This document shows positions 15,188 to 23,870 of a stretch of 55,181 bases of DNA, one piece after another (position 1 is the stretch's first letter; the number at the start of each line of letters is the position of its first letter). Source of the stretch: an uncultured Candidatus Saccharibacteria bacterium (GTDB lineage: Bacteria; Patescibacteriota; Minisyncoccia; Minisyncoccales; UBA5738); contig CAZUST010000002.1 in assembly GCA_964623335.1 (NCBI GenBank), positions 12,867 to 68,047 on the forward strand, given 5' to 3'. Under the pieces are notes generated by a model, which was not told where the DNA came from, did not search any database, and was given only the letters and a program-made list of their open reading frames with translations. A program made the translations under genes and the position numbers.

Positions 15188-17407
15188 ATGAAACAGATTT
15201 TTTTAATAATTTTAGGGGTTATCGCAATAGTCAGTTTGGCGGTCTTGGGATTTACCTTGTATCAAGTTAACGACCAGAGATTGTCGCTTTCGGCGGATTT
15301 GGAATCCAGAACCAAGTTGCTTGCCGACAGTCTTAACGAATCGGTTGAACCCTTGTTCCTAAAAAATTCGACCGAGGCGTTGCAAAAAGTTCTGGACAAA
15401 TTCGCCGGTAAACAACGTTTGCTGGGAATGGTCGTTTACGACAACAAAGGCAATGTGGTTGCGTCATCCACCGGCTTGTCCGAATCGATTGTCAATGATG
15501 CCGTTCTGGCCGGACAAGCGATGGATGCGAATAATGATACCGGTTCCTTTTTTGCAACCGACAGCGGCAAGATATATAAGTTCGTTCAACCCCTGCGACA
15601 GGATAATGTCGTCGTCGGGGCGCTGATGGTGGTTCAACGGGCCGATTATATCGATACGGCGATTTTACAAACTTGGGAAAATAATTTTTACAGGTTTTTG
15701 GTTCAGGCGCTGATAATTTCTTTGGCCATAGTTTTGATCTTGCGTTTTTTAATAATCAAACCGGTGGAGGCAATGGTCAAATCCATCAAGATGGCGCTTG
15801 CCGGAAAATCGGCACAAATAGAAGGAACCTCAAAAAATGGATTTTTCGATCCGCTGACGAAAGAAATTTCAAAAATGTCAAAGAGCCTGATCCGGGCCCG
15901 TTCGGCGGCAAGCGAGGAAGCCAGGATGAGGTTGGAAAAGCTGGATACGCCATGGACTGCCCAGCGGTTGCAAGAATTTGTTAAAGCGTATTTAAAGGAA
16001 AGAACCATTTTTGTCGTTTCCAATCGAGAGCCTTATTCGCATAAAAAAGTAAAAAACGAGCTTATTTGTTCGATACCGGCCAGCGGCGTCGTAACGGCGA
16101 TGGAGCCGGTAATGGAAGCTTGCGGCGGTTTATGGCTGGCGCATGGAAGCGGCGATGCGGACAAGCTGACCGTGGATGTCAATGACAAGATACAAGTACC
16201 GCCCGACGAGCCGAAATATACATTGAAGCGGGTTTGGCTCACCGAAGAAGAAATCCGGGGATATTATGTCGGGTTTTCCAACGAAGCGCTTTGGCCATTA
16301 TGCCACCGGGCGCACGTCAGACCGATTTTTCGTAGAGAAGATTGGTTCGAATACCGAAAAGTTAATGGCAAATTCGCGCAAAATCTTTTGGCCGAGATTA
16401 AAAAAACCGAGCGGCCGCTTATTTTGATCCAAGATTTTCATTTTGCGCTTTTGCCGCAAATGATAAAAAAGAGCCGGCCCGACGCGCAAGTAAGCATATT
16501 CTGGCACATTCCCTGGCCGAGTGCCGAAGATTTTGATATCTGTCCTTGGAAAAAAGAGATTGTTGAAGGAATGCTGGGTGCCGATGTCATCGGTTTTCAC
16601 ACCCAGCAATACTGCAATAACTTCATGAACACGGTGGCCAAAGGTTTGGAAGCGGTAGTGGATCTGGAGCAATTTTCCGTGACTCGCACGGGCCATATTT
16701 CTCATATCAAGCCCTTTCCCATCAGCGTGGCTTTTACGAATGGTTCAACCAACATTGATCGTCCGCGGGAAAAAGACCCGTTTGAAAAGTTTGGCATAAA
16801 AACAAAATACAAAGGAATCGGCGTGGACCGGCTGGATTATATCAAAGGTATCCTGGAAAGATTCGCCGGAATAGAATTTTTTTTCAAATCGCACCCTGAT
16901 TATAAAGGGCAGTTCACTTTTTTGCAGATTGCGCCGCCCAGCCGAGAAGGTGTTGAAAAATACCGTGAATTCAATAAGCAAGTCACCGATAAAGCCAATC
17001 AGATAAACGAAAATTTGGGAACCGGCAGCTGGAAGCCGATCGTACTAATTAAGGAAAATTTGTCGCATGAAGAGCTTTATCCGCTCTACCGCGGGGCGAA
17101 TGTCTGCCTGATCACATCGGTTCATGACGGTATGAATATGGTGGCCAAGGAATATGTTGCCGCGAGAAACGACGAAAGCGGAGTTTTAATTTTGAGCCAA
17201 TTTGCCGGTGCTTCGCGGAATTTGAAAGAAGCGATAATTGTTAATCCTTATAGCGCCGAACAAACCGCCGCCGCCATTTACGGAGCGTTGAATATGTCGC
17301 CGCTGGAACAGCATCGGCGGATGAGTAAAATGCGCGAATCGGTAAAAAACTACAATGTTTATCGATGGTCAGCCGAGTTAATTAAAGCGACCGCAAGCTG
17401 TGATTAA
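15188..17407 (+). CDS. otsA: Trehalose-6-phosphate synthase (GT20, OtsA-like) fused to an N-terminal TM/extracytoplasmic/TM/HAMP-like sensor region
   Basis: C-terminal ~470 aa align by eye with OtsA (VVSNREPY, SNEALWPLCH, IQDFHFALLP, HIPWPS, GVDRLDYIKG, LQIAPPSR, HDGMNMVAKEY, LSQFAGA). The first ~265 aa contain two hydrophobic helices flanking a ~150-aa domain, then a HAMP-like linker. Confidence 0.85.
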   Translation: MKQIFLIILGVIAIVSLAVLGFTLYQVNDQRLSLSADLESRTKLLADSLNESVEPLFLKNSTEALQKVLDKFAGKQRLLGMVVYDNKGNVVASSTGLSESIVNDAVLAGQAMDANNDTGSFFATDSGKIYKFVQPLRQDNVVVGALMVVQRADYIDTAILQTWENNFYRFLVQALIISLAIVLILRFLIIKPVEAMVKSIKMALAGKSAQIEGTSKNGFFDPLTKEISKMSKSLIRARSAASEEARMRLEKLDTPWTAQRLQEFVKAYLKERTIFVVSNREPYSHKKVKNELICSIPASGVVTAMEPVMEACGGLWLAHGSGDADKLTVDVNDKIQVPPDEPKYTLKRVWLTEEEIRGYYVGFSNEALWPLCHRAHVRPIFRREDWFEYRKVNGKFAQNLLAEIKKTERPLILIQDFHFALLPQMIKKSRPDAQVSIFWHIPWPSAEDFDICPWKKEIVEGMLGADVIGFHTQQYCNNFMNTVAKGLEAVVDLEQFSVTRTGHISHIKPFPISVAFTNGSTNIDRPREKDPFEKFGIKTKYKGIGVDRLDYIKGILERFAGIEFFFKSHPDYKGQFTFLQIAPPSREGVEKYREFNKQVTDKANQINENLGTGSWKPIVLIKENLSHEELYPLYRGANVCLITSVHDGMNMVAKEYVAARNDESGVLILSQFAGASRNLKEAIIVNPYSAEQTAAAIYGALNMSPLEQHRRMSKMRESVKNYNVYRWSAELIKATASCD

Positions 17408-17731
17408 CGGAACGGCTATCTCAAGATGACGTATGGCATGTCGCGACGGCAGCCTCTTCGATCTCTTCCGGATTAGACGCGCCGATCGCCGCGATCATGC
17501 CCGTTTCAGCCGCTCTTCAAAACAGCAATGGTTTCGCTGCCCCCATTTCCGGTACAAATCTTTTCTTTGCTTCGGTCATTCAATTCACCTTTTTCAAATT
17601 TACAAAGAGCGCCCTTTATCGGATTAAAAAATACCCTATTGAATTCAATTTTTATAGGCGCTCCTCCTTCATCAGTTTCGGAGGCTTATTCCGAAGTTTG
17701 CCTCTGAATTGATACGCAGGCCGGGAAATGG

Positions 17732-18142
17732 TTATTTTTTAATGGCACGAGCCCGATTGATCATCATCTCAATATTTTCATTGCTGTTTATTGTTTCTAT
17801 CGCGACATCGGGATGCTCATTGCTCCAAACTCGGAAAATTTGGTCCGCGAACGCCTGGCCGGCAGTTTCGATATGGGCAAAATCAAGTATGATCTTTTTA
17901 AACCTGTCCAATCCGGTCATTATTCTTCTTGCTTGCGATCGCGACACGTAAATATCGTCCATTTTATACAACCGCACCGCGACCTTTGTAGTGTCAAATT
18001 CAAAAGTATCCCCGGAATATTCCCGAAAAACCGCCCCTAAGTCTCTTGCCGATGAAATAGAAATTCCGAATAAAATTTTTGTCCCCTGGCGAAATTTATT
18101 GTCTTGGACAAAAATATCTTCAACGATATTATCAAAAATCAA
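17732..18142 (-). CDS. DUF4325 (STAS-like) domain protein
   Basis: 136 aa; the segment SRSQARRIMTGLDRFKKIILDFAHIETAGQAFADQIF matches the DUF4325/STAS-like pattern. TTG start overlaps the upstream stop (TTGA). Confidence 0.6.
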   Translation of the reverse strand: MIFDNIVEDIFVQDNKFRQGTKILFGISISSARDLGAVFREYSGDTFEFDTTKVAVRLYKMDDIYVSRSQARRIMTGLDRFKKIILDFAHIETAGQAFADQIFRVWSNEHPDVAIETINSNENIEMMINRARAIKK

Positions 18143-18765
18143 TTTTTTATTCGAACTGGCGATATTGAATATGTCTGCGACTTTTGAAGTAAAAAAATCC
18201 CTTCGCCGCTATGACCCTGCGGCGCGGTAGTTTGTTTCCCCTTTAATAAATCTTGTACCGCCTCCAATTCACTAGCCAGCCCTTTCTTTTGCTTTATATT
18301 GTTAAAAACGCCCACGCCCGAATCAATTACCTCAAACTTAACTCTTTGTTTGTCTTCTGAAAACCTAATTTCTATTTCTTTGGATTGTGAATGCTCAATA
18401 GCGTTATTGACCATTTTGGTAAAAGAATAATCCAAGATATCGGCAACATTTTTCGGCAAACCCAAAAATATACCGGTTTCGCGTTTTATTTGGTCTAAAA
18501 TTATATCATCCGAAAGACCCTCGTTTTTAATTATCTTTCGAACCGCAAGAATGTTCTTCTTTATTTCCGATAATTTTTCCTTATCGGCCGGTATATAATA
18601 AGCGCCCCTTCCTGCGCCAATCAGTAAAATTTGTCCATTGTTTCTTAATTCCTGGAAAAAACGGTTAATGTAAGCGCGCGAAAAACCGGTATCTTTCAAA
18701 ATATCAGCCATCGAAACCTTATCCGCGTTTTTCAACTTCTCCAAAATAAGAGATTTTATGTCCAT
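18139..18765 (-). CDS. Winged-HTH + GHKL (HATPase_c) ATPase, anti-sigma-kinase-like
   Basis: N-terminal HTH-like segment (MADILKDTGFSRAYINRFFQELR). GHKL boxes NNAIEHS, DSGVGV, GEGIF. ATG at 18765 (MDIKSL) preferred; the ORF track extends to 18819. Confidence 0.6.
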   Translation of the reverse strand: MDIKSLILEKLKNADKVSMADILKDTGFSRAYINRFFQELRNNGQILLIGAGRGAYYIPADKEKLSEIKKNILAVRKIIKNEGLSDDIILDQIKRETGIFLGLPKNVADILDYSFTKMVNNAIEHSQSKEIEIRFSEDKQRVKFEVIDSGVGVFNNIKQKKGLASELEAVQDLLKGKQTTAPQGHSGEGIFLLQKSQTYSISPVRIKN

Positions 18766-19103
18766 TATAACATTATTGTTTACATTTACATGTATACGTT
18801 TTTTAAATGTCAACATCATGTCAACTTTCGATAAAAATTCGGATGTTCTCTTTTCAATGGATTTCTACCCATTCGTTTAATTTGTCCTATCCGCAATCCG
18901 CCTCGTTATCAACATTTCTCATTCAATCTGTTCCGTTCTTGGTATCCGTATTCATTTGTTAAACATCGCCAACTTTCATTACAAAATTATCGGTACAACC
19001 ATAAATCAAATTTTAATAACGGTCAATATGGTTTGCGTCGCGTTTGATTTCGTCCCCGATCAAAGGACTTGAAATTATCAATAAATATTGTATATTCCGA
19101 ATT

Positions 19104-19934
19104 ATGACCAAAGATACCATAAAAAGCGTGGCGCCCGCCGCTTCGATTAATCCTCCGAAAGTCGGAGAAATCGTAAAAGGAACCATAATTATACAGGAAC
19201 GTTCGTCCCTTTTTGTTGATTTGGGCGCGATCGGCACCGGCATTGTTTACGGTAAAGAATTTTATGAGATCAAGGATCGCTTGAAGGACCTCAAAGAGGG
19301 CGACCCGATTTCAGCCAAAATTATCAACCTCGAGAACGAGGATGGTTATATTGAATTATCCGTCAGCGGCGCGACCCGCAAGCTTGTTTGGGATGATTTG
19401 CGCGAAAGCATGGAAAATCGCAGTCCGGTCACCATTAAAGTAATGGGAGCCAACAAAGGCGGTCTGATCGCGAAAGTTTCCAGGCTTCCCGCCTTCCTGC
19501 CCGTATCGCAACTGGCCAGCGGCCATTATCCCAAAGTCATGGGCGGCGATCCGGAAAAAATCCTTAAAGAGCTTCAAAAATTCGTCGGCGCCGACCTTTC
19601 GGTCCGCATCCTGAATTTGAAACCCAAGACCGGCGAGATCATCCTGTCGGAAAAAATGGCGGAAATGGAAATGCGCGAAGAACGTCTCAAAAAATACCAG
19701 ATTGGCCAGAAGATCGAGGGTGATATTACCGGTGTGATGGAATTCGGCATTTTCGTACGCTTCGGCGCCGACAGTACCGACAATGTCGAAGGTCTGATTC
19801 CGGTGGCGCAAATCGACCAAGCGCGCGCGTCCAATCTCTCCGAAAATTTCAAGATTGGCCAAAAGATCTCGGCCAAGATCATCGAGATCAGCAACGGCAA
19901 AGTGTTCCTCTCTTTGAAAGAAGGCCTCGAATAG
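19104..19934 (+). CDS. rpsA: Ribosomal protein S1-like protein (three S1 domains)
   Basis: Repeated S1-domain pattern (VGEIVKGTII..FVDLG; VTIKVMGANKGGLIAKV; IGQKIEGDITGVMEFGIFVRF). ATG at 19104 preferred. Confidence 0.75.
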   Translation: MTKDTIKSVAPAASINPPKVGEIVKGTIIIQERSSLFVDLGAIGTGIVYGKEFYEIKDRLKDLKEGDPISAKIINLENEDGYIELSVSGATRKLVWDDLRESMENRSPVTIKVMGANKGGLIAKVSRLPAFLPVSQLASGHYPKVMGGDPEKILKELQKFVGADLSVRILNLKPKTGEIILSEKMAEMEMREERLKKYQIGQKIEGDITGVMEFGIFVRFGADSTDNVEGLIPVAQIDQARASNLSENFKIGQKISAKIIEISNGKVFLSLKEGLE

Positions 19935-19986
19935 GCCGTCTTTCTTTAAATCCGGCTTGTCAAGCAGTCGCTAAAAATCACCCATT

Positions 19987-21831
19987 ATGAAGAATTTCTT
20001 CAAAAATTTCGCGCTCGCGGTTTTCTTGTTGGTTTTTGCTGTGGGACTGTTCTCGATGTTCGCGCAACCCCCGGAAAAAACCGAATCAATTTCTTTATCG
20101 CAGCTGGTAACCGACATCAATGACGCCAAAATCAAAAGCGTAACTGTTACCGACGGCACGCTCAATATTGTTTATAATGATGACAAAAAAGCGGTCGCGG
20201 AAAAAGAAATCGATTCTTCGCTCTCTCAAACCCTGGTGAATTTGGGCGCCAAAACCGACGCATTGTCTAAAGTTAGCTTTGAATCCAAAGCTGACACCAG
20301 TGTTTGGAGTTGGCTGGCTCCTTTATTGCTTTCCAGCATCCTGCCGCTGGCGATTTTTGTGATCATCATGATGATGATCTTCCGCCAGGCAAAAGGCAAC
20401 GCCATGCAAGCGTTCGACTTCACCAAAGCCAAAACCCGGATGTTGACGGGCGAGAACCAAAAAGGAAAGGTAACCTTCAATGATGTCGCCGGGTTGGAAG
20501 AAGCCAAGGAAGAGCTGCAGGAAATTATTGATTTTTTGAAGAATCCGGAAAAATACCTGAAAATGGGCGCTAAAATCCCCCGCGGCGTATTGCTGATGGG
20601 CCTGCCCGGCACCGGCAAGACCATGCTGGCCAAAGCCATTGCCACCGAAGGCAATGTTCCTTTCTTCTCAATCTCCGGTTCGGAATTCATCGAACTTTTT
20701 GTGGGTGTTGGCGCCAGTCGCGTTCGCAGTTTGTTTGAACAAGCGCATAAGGTCGGCCGCGCTATCATCTTTATCGATGAAATCGATTCGATCGGCAAAG
20801 TTCGCGGCGTTGGTTTGACCGGCGGTCACGAAGAACGCGAACAAACTCTGAATCAAATCCTGGCCGAAATGGATGGCATTGAAACCGGCGAAGGCATTAT
20901 CGTTTTGGGCGCCACCAATCGCCCCGAATACCTTGATCCGGCGTTATTGCGTCCCGGACGGTTTGATCGCCGTATCGTTCTGGATCTTCCCGATGCCAAA
21001 GATCGTGAAGCGGTTTTAGCGATCCATTGTCGCAAAAAACCTTTAGCCAAAGACATAAACTTGCGCGAAATTGCCGAACGCACCCCGGGATTCTCCGGTG
21101 CCGATTTGGCCAACGTCGTCAACGAAGCGGCTTTGTTTGCGGCGCGCCAGAATAAAACCGAGATTGCCCAGTCCGATTTTCTTGAATCAATCGAAAAAGT
21201 GATGCTTGGCCCCGAGAAAAAAAGCCATTTGCTTTCCAAAGACGAAAAGAAAATTGCCGCCTATCACGAATCCGGCCACGCGCTGGTTTCATCTTCCTTG
21301 CCCGACACTGAACCGGTCCGTAAAATTTCCATCATTTCCCGCGGCATGGCGGCCGGCTACACCCTGAAAACCCCTGTCGAAGAAAAGAAACTGCACACCA
21401 AGAACGATTTTATTTCCGAAATCGCCACTTTGCTCGGCGGCTTGGTCGCCGAAAAACTGGTTTTCGGTCAGTCGTCCACCGGCGCTTCCAATGATTTGAA
21501 GAAGGCTTCCTTCTTGGCCAGAAAAATGGTAAAAGAATACGGGATGTCGTCATTGGGCGCGATCACCTTTGGCGAAAAAGAGGAATTGGCGTTCTTGGGC
21601 CAGGAATTCGAAGGCCAGCGGAATTATTCCGAAGAAGTCGCCGCCAAAATCGATGCCGAAGTCACCAAGATTATCAAAGAAGGCGAAAATTTGGCCACCC
21701 TTACCCTGACGCAAAAACGCGATACTCTGGAAAAAATTGCGCTTCGGCTGATCGAAAAAGAAACCATCGGAAAAGAAGAATACGAAAAATTGGTAGGAAT
21801 CGCTGCCAAAAAAGAAGAACCCGCCAAATAG
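19987..21831 (+). CDS. ftsH: ATP-dependent zinc metalloprotease FtsH
   Basis: N-terminal TM helices, AAA Walker A GLPGTGKT, SRH region, zinc motif HESGHA. Confidence 0.95.
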   Translation: MKNFFKNFALAVFLLVFAVGLFSMFAQPPEKTESISLSQLVTDINDAKIKSVTVTDGTLNIVYNDDKKAVAEKEIDSSLSQTLVNLGAKTDALSKVSFESKADTSVWSWLAPLLLSSILPLAIFVIIMMMIFRQAKGNAMQAFDFTKAKTRMLTGENQKGKVTFNDVAGLEEAKEELQEIIDFLKNPEKYLKMGAKIPRGVLLMGLPGTGKTMLAKAIATEGNVPFFSISGSEFIELFVGVGASRVRSLFEQAHKVGRAIIFIDEIDSIGKVRGVGLTGGHEEREQTLNQILAEMDGIETGEGIIVLGATNRPEYLDPALLRPGRFDRRIVLDLPDAKDREAVLAIHCRKKPLAKDINLREIAERTPGFSGADLANVVNEAALFAARQNKTEIAQSDFLESIEKVMLGPEKKSHLLSKDEKKIAAYHESGHALVSSSLPDTEPVRKISIISRGMAAGYTLKTPVEEKKLHTKNDFISEIATLLGGLVAEKLVFGQSSTGASNDLKKASFLARKMVKEYGMSSLGAITFGEKEELAFLGQEFEGQRNYSEEVAAKIDAEVTKIIKEGENLATLTLTQKRDTLEKIALRLIEKETIGKEEYEKLVGIAAKKEEPAK

Positions 21832-21839
21832 GTTATTCT

Positions 21840-21916
21840 GGGCGCATAGCTCAGCTGGTTAGAGCACGGCTCTTATAAAGCCGGGGTCATTGGTTCGAAT
21901 CCAATTGCGCCCACCA
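21840..21916 (+). tRNA. tRNA-Ile (anticodon UAU), CCA encoded
   Basis: Acceptor GGGCGCA/TGCGCCC, D-arm GCTC-AGCTGGTTA-GAGC, anticodon stem CGGCT/AGCCG with loop CTTATAA, T-arm ATTGG-TTCGAAT-CCAAT, ACCA end. Confidence 0.85.
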
Positions 21917-22021
21917 ATCGCCCAGAAAATAATTTTTGAAAGCGGCGGAAATCACTATCGCGATTTCACCAAACCGAGATCAACGATTCGAATCCGTCCG
22001 CGCCCATAAAAACATCGACAC

Positions 22022-22095
22022 GGGCAATTAGCTCAGTTGGCCAGAGCGTCACATTGACATTGTGAAGGTCACAGGTTCAAGTCCTGTATTGCCCA
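22022..22095 (+). tRNA. tRNA-Val (anticodon GAC)
   Basis: Acceptor GGGCAAT/ATTGCCC, anticodon stem TCACA/TGTGA with loop TTGACAT, T-arm ACAGG-TTCAAGT-CCTGT. Confidence 0.85.
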
Positions 22096-22100
22096 CATTT

Positions 22101-22129
22101 TTGACTTTTGATCAGAATTAGTTTATAGT
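22101..22129 (+). promoter_or_regulatory. Candidate sigma-70-type promoter for rplS
   Basis: TTGACT (22101-22106), 17-nt spacer, TATAGT (22124-22129), about 40 nt upstream of the rplS ATG. Confidence 0.45.
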
Positions 22130-22170
22130 TATCAGTTGTCGGCATAAAATCCAATACGGCAAAAAATATC

Positions 22171-22554
22171 ATGGAAAAGCAAATCGAAAAATTCATTGAA
22201 CAAAACAAAAAGCAGGATATTCCCCTTATTAAATCCGGAGATACCGTGCGCGTCTATCAAAAATACAAAGACAAAGACGGTAAAAACAAGATCCAGATGT
22301 TCGAAGGTTTGGTTTTAAGCCGCAAGCACGGCAACGAGATCGGTTCTTCGATAACTGTCCGCAAGATCGCTTCCGGAGTTGGTGTCGAAAAGATATTTCC
22401 CATCCACTCGCCGATCATCGATAAGATCGAAGTGGTAAAAAGCGGCAAGGTTCGCCGGGCCAAGATCTATTACATTCGTAAAGCCCGCGGTAGAAAGGCC
22501 CGTTTAAAGCAAATAGGGGCCAAACCTGCCGCCAAAGCAGAAGTTCAAAAATAA
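22171..22554 (+). CDS. rplS: 50S ribosomal protein L19
   Basis: GDTVRVYQKY..QMFEGLVLSRKHG..ITVRKIASGVGVEKIFPIHSP..VRRAKIYYIR is a typical L19 sequence. Confidence 0.95.
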   Translation: MEKQIEKFIEQNKKQDIPLIKSGDTVRVYQKYKDKDGKNKIQMFEGLVLSRKHGNEIGSSITVRKIASGVGVEKIFPIHSPIIDKIEVVKSGKVRRAKIYYIRKARGRKARLKQIGAKPAAKAEVQK

Positions 22555-22561
22555 AATCTCC

Positions 22562-22582
22562 CGGCCCCGCGTTGCGGGGCCG
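22562..22582 (+). terminator. GC-rich hairpin after rplS
   Basis: cggccccgc-gtt-gcggggccg, 8 nt after the rplS stop. Weak U-tract. Confidence 0.45.
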
Positions 22583-22615
22583 ATGTTGTTAATCCCGCCC
22601 GCAAGGGCGGACGAT

Positions 22616-22699
22616 GCCCGGGTGTCGGAATTGGCAGACGAGCTAGCTTGAGGTGCTAGTGGGTTCACTCCCGTGCGAGTTCAAGTCTCGCCCCGGGCA
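22616..22699 (+). tRNA. tRNA-Leu (anticodon GAG), long variable arm
   Basis: Acceptor GCCCGGG/CCCGGGC, anticodon stem CTAGC/GCTAG with loop TTGAGGT, T-arm GCGAG-TTCAAGT-CTCGC. Confidence 0.85.
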
Positions 22700-22731
22700 C
22701 AAAATTTTGCTCCGCTATTTTATTTTTTTTG

Positions 22732-22803
22732 GGGCGCTTAGCTCAGCGGCAGAGCGACTCGTTTACACCGAGTAGGCCAGGGGTTCAAATCCCTTAGCGC
22801 CCA
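22732..22803 (+). tRNA. tRNA-Val (anticodon UAC)
   Basis: Acceptor GGGCGCT/AGCGCCC, anticodon stem ACTCG/CGAGT with loop TTTACAC, T-arm AGGGG-TTCAAAT-CCCTT. Confidence 0.8.
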
Positions 22804-22827
22804 CAGCATCATTTAAAAGGTGGTATT

Positions 22828-23170
22828 TTGGCAATAAAAATAAGAAATGATATCCTGGAAAGGATACTGGAAAACCAAGCGGCAGCCATGATTCAGGCGC
22901 TATTGGAGGAAGACATTCCAAAAGCCAATGGTTATTTCGACGCCGGATGCGCGACAGCTAAAAAAACGGAAAAAATATTGATCACTTCTTAAACATTGTC
23001 GCGGGCGAATTACAAAAAATGGTCAGATAAATCGGCTGGAGGGAAATTTAGAAGAAGCTTCAACAACACTTTCTGAATCTGAGATAATCATCGCATTTTT
23101 GTCAAAAAAATACCCTAATTTGGATTTCCTTGCGTCTTGCCGCAACATGATTGAATTATTAAAGGTTTAA
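22828..23170 (+). pseudogene. Small hypothetical ORF split by a +1 frameshift (about 114 codons if fused)
   Basis: TTG at 22828 preceded by aaaggtgg. 54 codons run to TAA at 22990-22992. A second open frame (22982-23170) overlaps it and ends just at a terminator hairpin (23161-23187). Confidence 0.3.
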
Positions 23171-23307
23171 TACACCTTTTTTTAATTGCTTTCCCGCTTA
23201 AAAGATGGTATAAACTAAATGTTGCCCGCGATGGTTTATTTTGTTTTGGAGTTAGATTTTGCATTTCATTCTTTAACTCCCCGCTCATCGACTAATCAAC
23301 TGTCCAC

Positions 23308-23394
23308 GGTGGGATGCCAGAGCGGCCGAATGGGGCGGTCTCGAAAACCGTTATGCCTTTACCGGTATCGGAGGTTCGAATCCTCCTCCCACCG
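23308..23394 (+). tRNA. tRNA-Ser (anticodon CGA), long variable arm
   Basis: Acceptor GGTGGGA/TCCCACC, anticodon loop CTCGAAA, T-arm GGAGG-TTCGAAT-CCTCC, discriminator G. Confidence 0.8.
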
Positions 23395-23489
23395 CCTTCA
23401 GTCCGCCAAAGCAAGTCCGAAACGCATTGAAGACCGCCGATTAAATTCGCGGAGGCGATTTCATATCAGATCCGCTAATTCGAAACCTC

Positions 23490-23870
23490 ATGCCTCTTTT
23501 CTCAAAAAAACCGGCTCCCGAGCCAACCAACATCGATGAAGTGCTGGCCAAATTCAAAGAACTCCAAAACGAATGCGAATTACTCCGGAAAGAAGTTGAA
23601 AAACTGCGCCAGGAAAATCTCCGAATGGTGGACAAGGTCGGTATCGTCAGATACAACCCTTTTGAAGGTTTGGGAAGCAATCAAAGCTTTTCTTTGGCGT
23701 TATTGGATGGTAACAATAACGGCGTAGTTATAACCAGCCTGTTCTCCCGCGACGCTAACCGTGTTTACGGCAAGCCCATCAAACAGGGAACTTCCGAATT
23801 TAAACTCGCCGAAGAAGAAATCAACGCCATCAAATTGGCAAAAGATAACAACAAACTCAATGGCGGATAA
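23490..23870 (+). CDS. DUF4446-family protein
   Basis: 126 aa; coiled N-terminus then VGIVRYNPFEGLGSNQSFSLALLDGNNNGVVITSLFSRD..RVYGKPI, matching the DUF4446 pattern as remembered. Confidence 0.6.
   Translation: MPLFSKKPAPEPTNIDEVLAKFKELQNECELLRKEVEKLRQENLRMVDKVGIVRYNPFEGLGSNQSFSLALLDGNNNGVVITSLFSRDANRVYGKPIKQGTSEFKLAEEEINAIKLAKDNNKLNGG

Noticed and set aside
17408-17731. Fragmentary minus-strand reading frames, for example a 20-codon ORF MTEAKKRFVPEMGAAKPLLF with a good AAGGTG RBS followed by MIAAIGASNPEEIEEAAV... in another frame. Suggestive of a small peptide gene or decayed gene between the OtsA fusion and the DUF4325 gene.
   Set aside because: The frames are too short and broken to assign, and no motif was recognised. 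Coding cannot be distinguished from chance without homology or expression data.
21985-22006. Sequence gattcgaatccgtccgcgccca, about 70 nt after tRNA-Ile, resembles a tRNA T-arm plus acceptor 3' half. It could be a relic att site or a tRNA fragment.
   Set aside because: No matching 5' acceptor strand or T-stem can be paired, so no cloverleaf forms. No integrase is nearby. It is noted only as a possible remnant of an old duplication.
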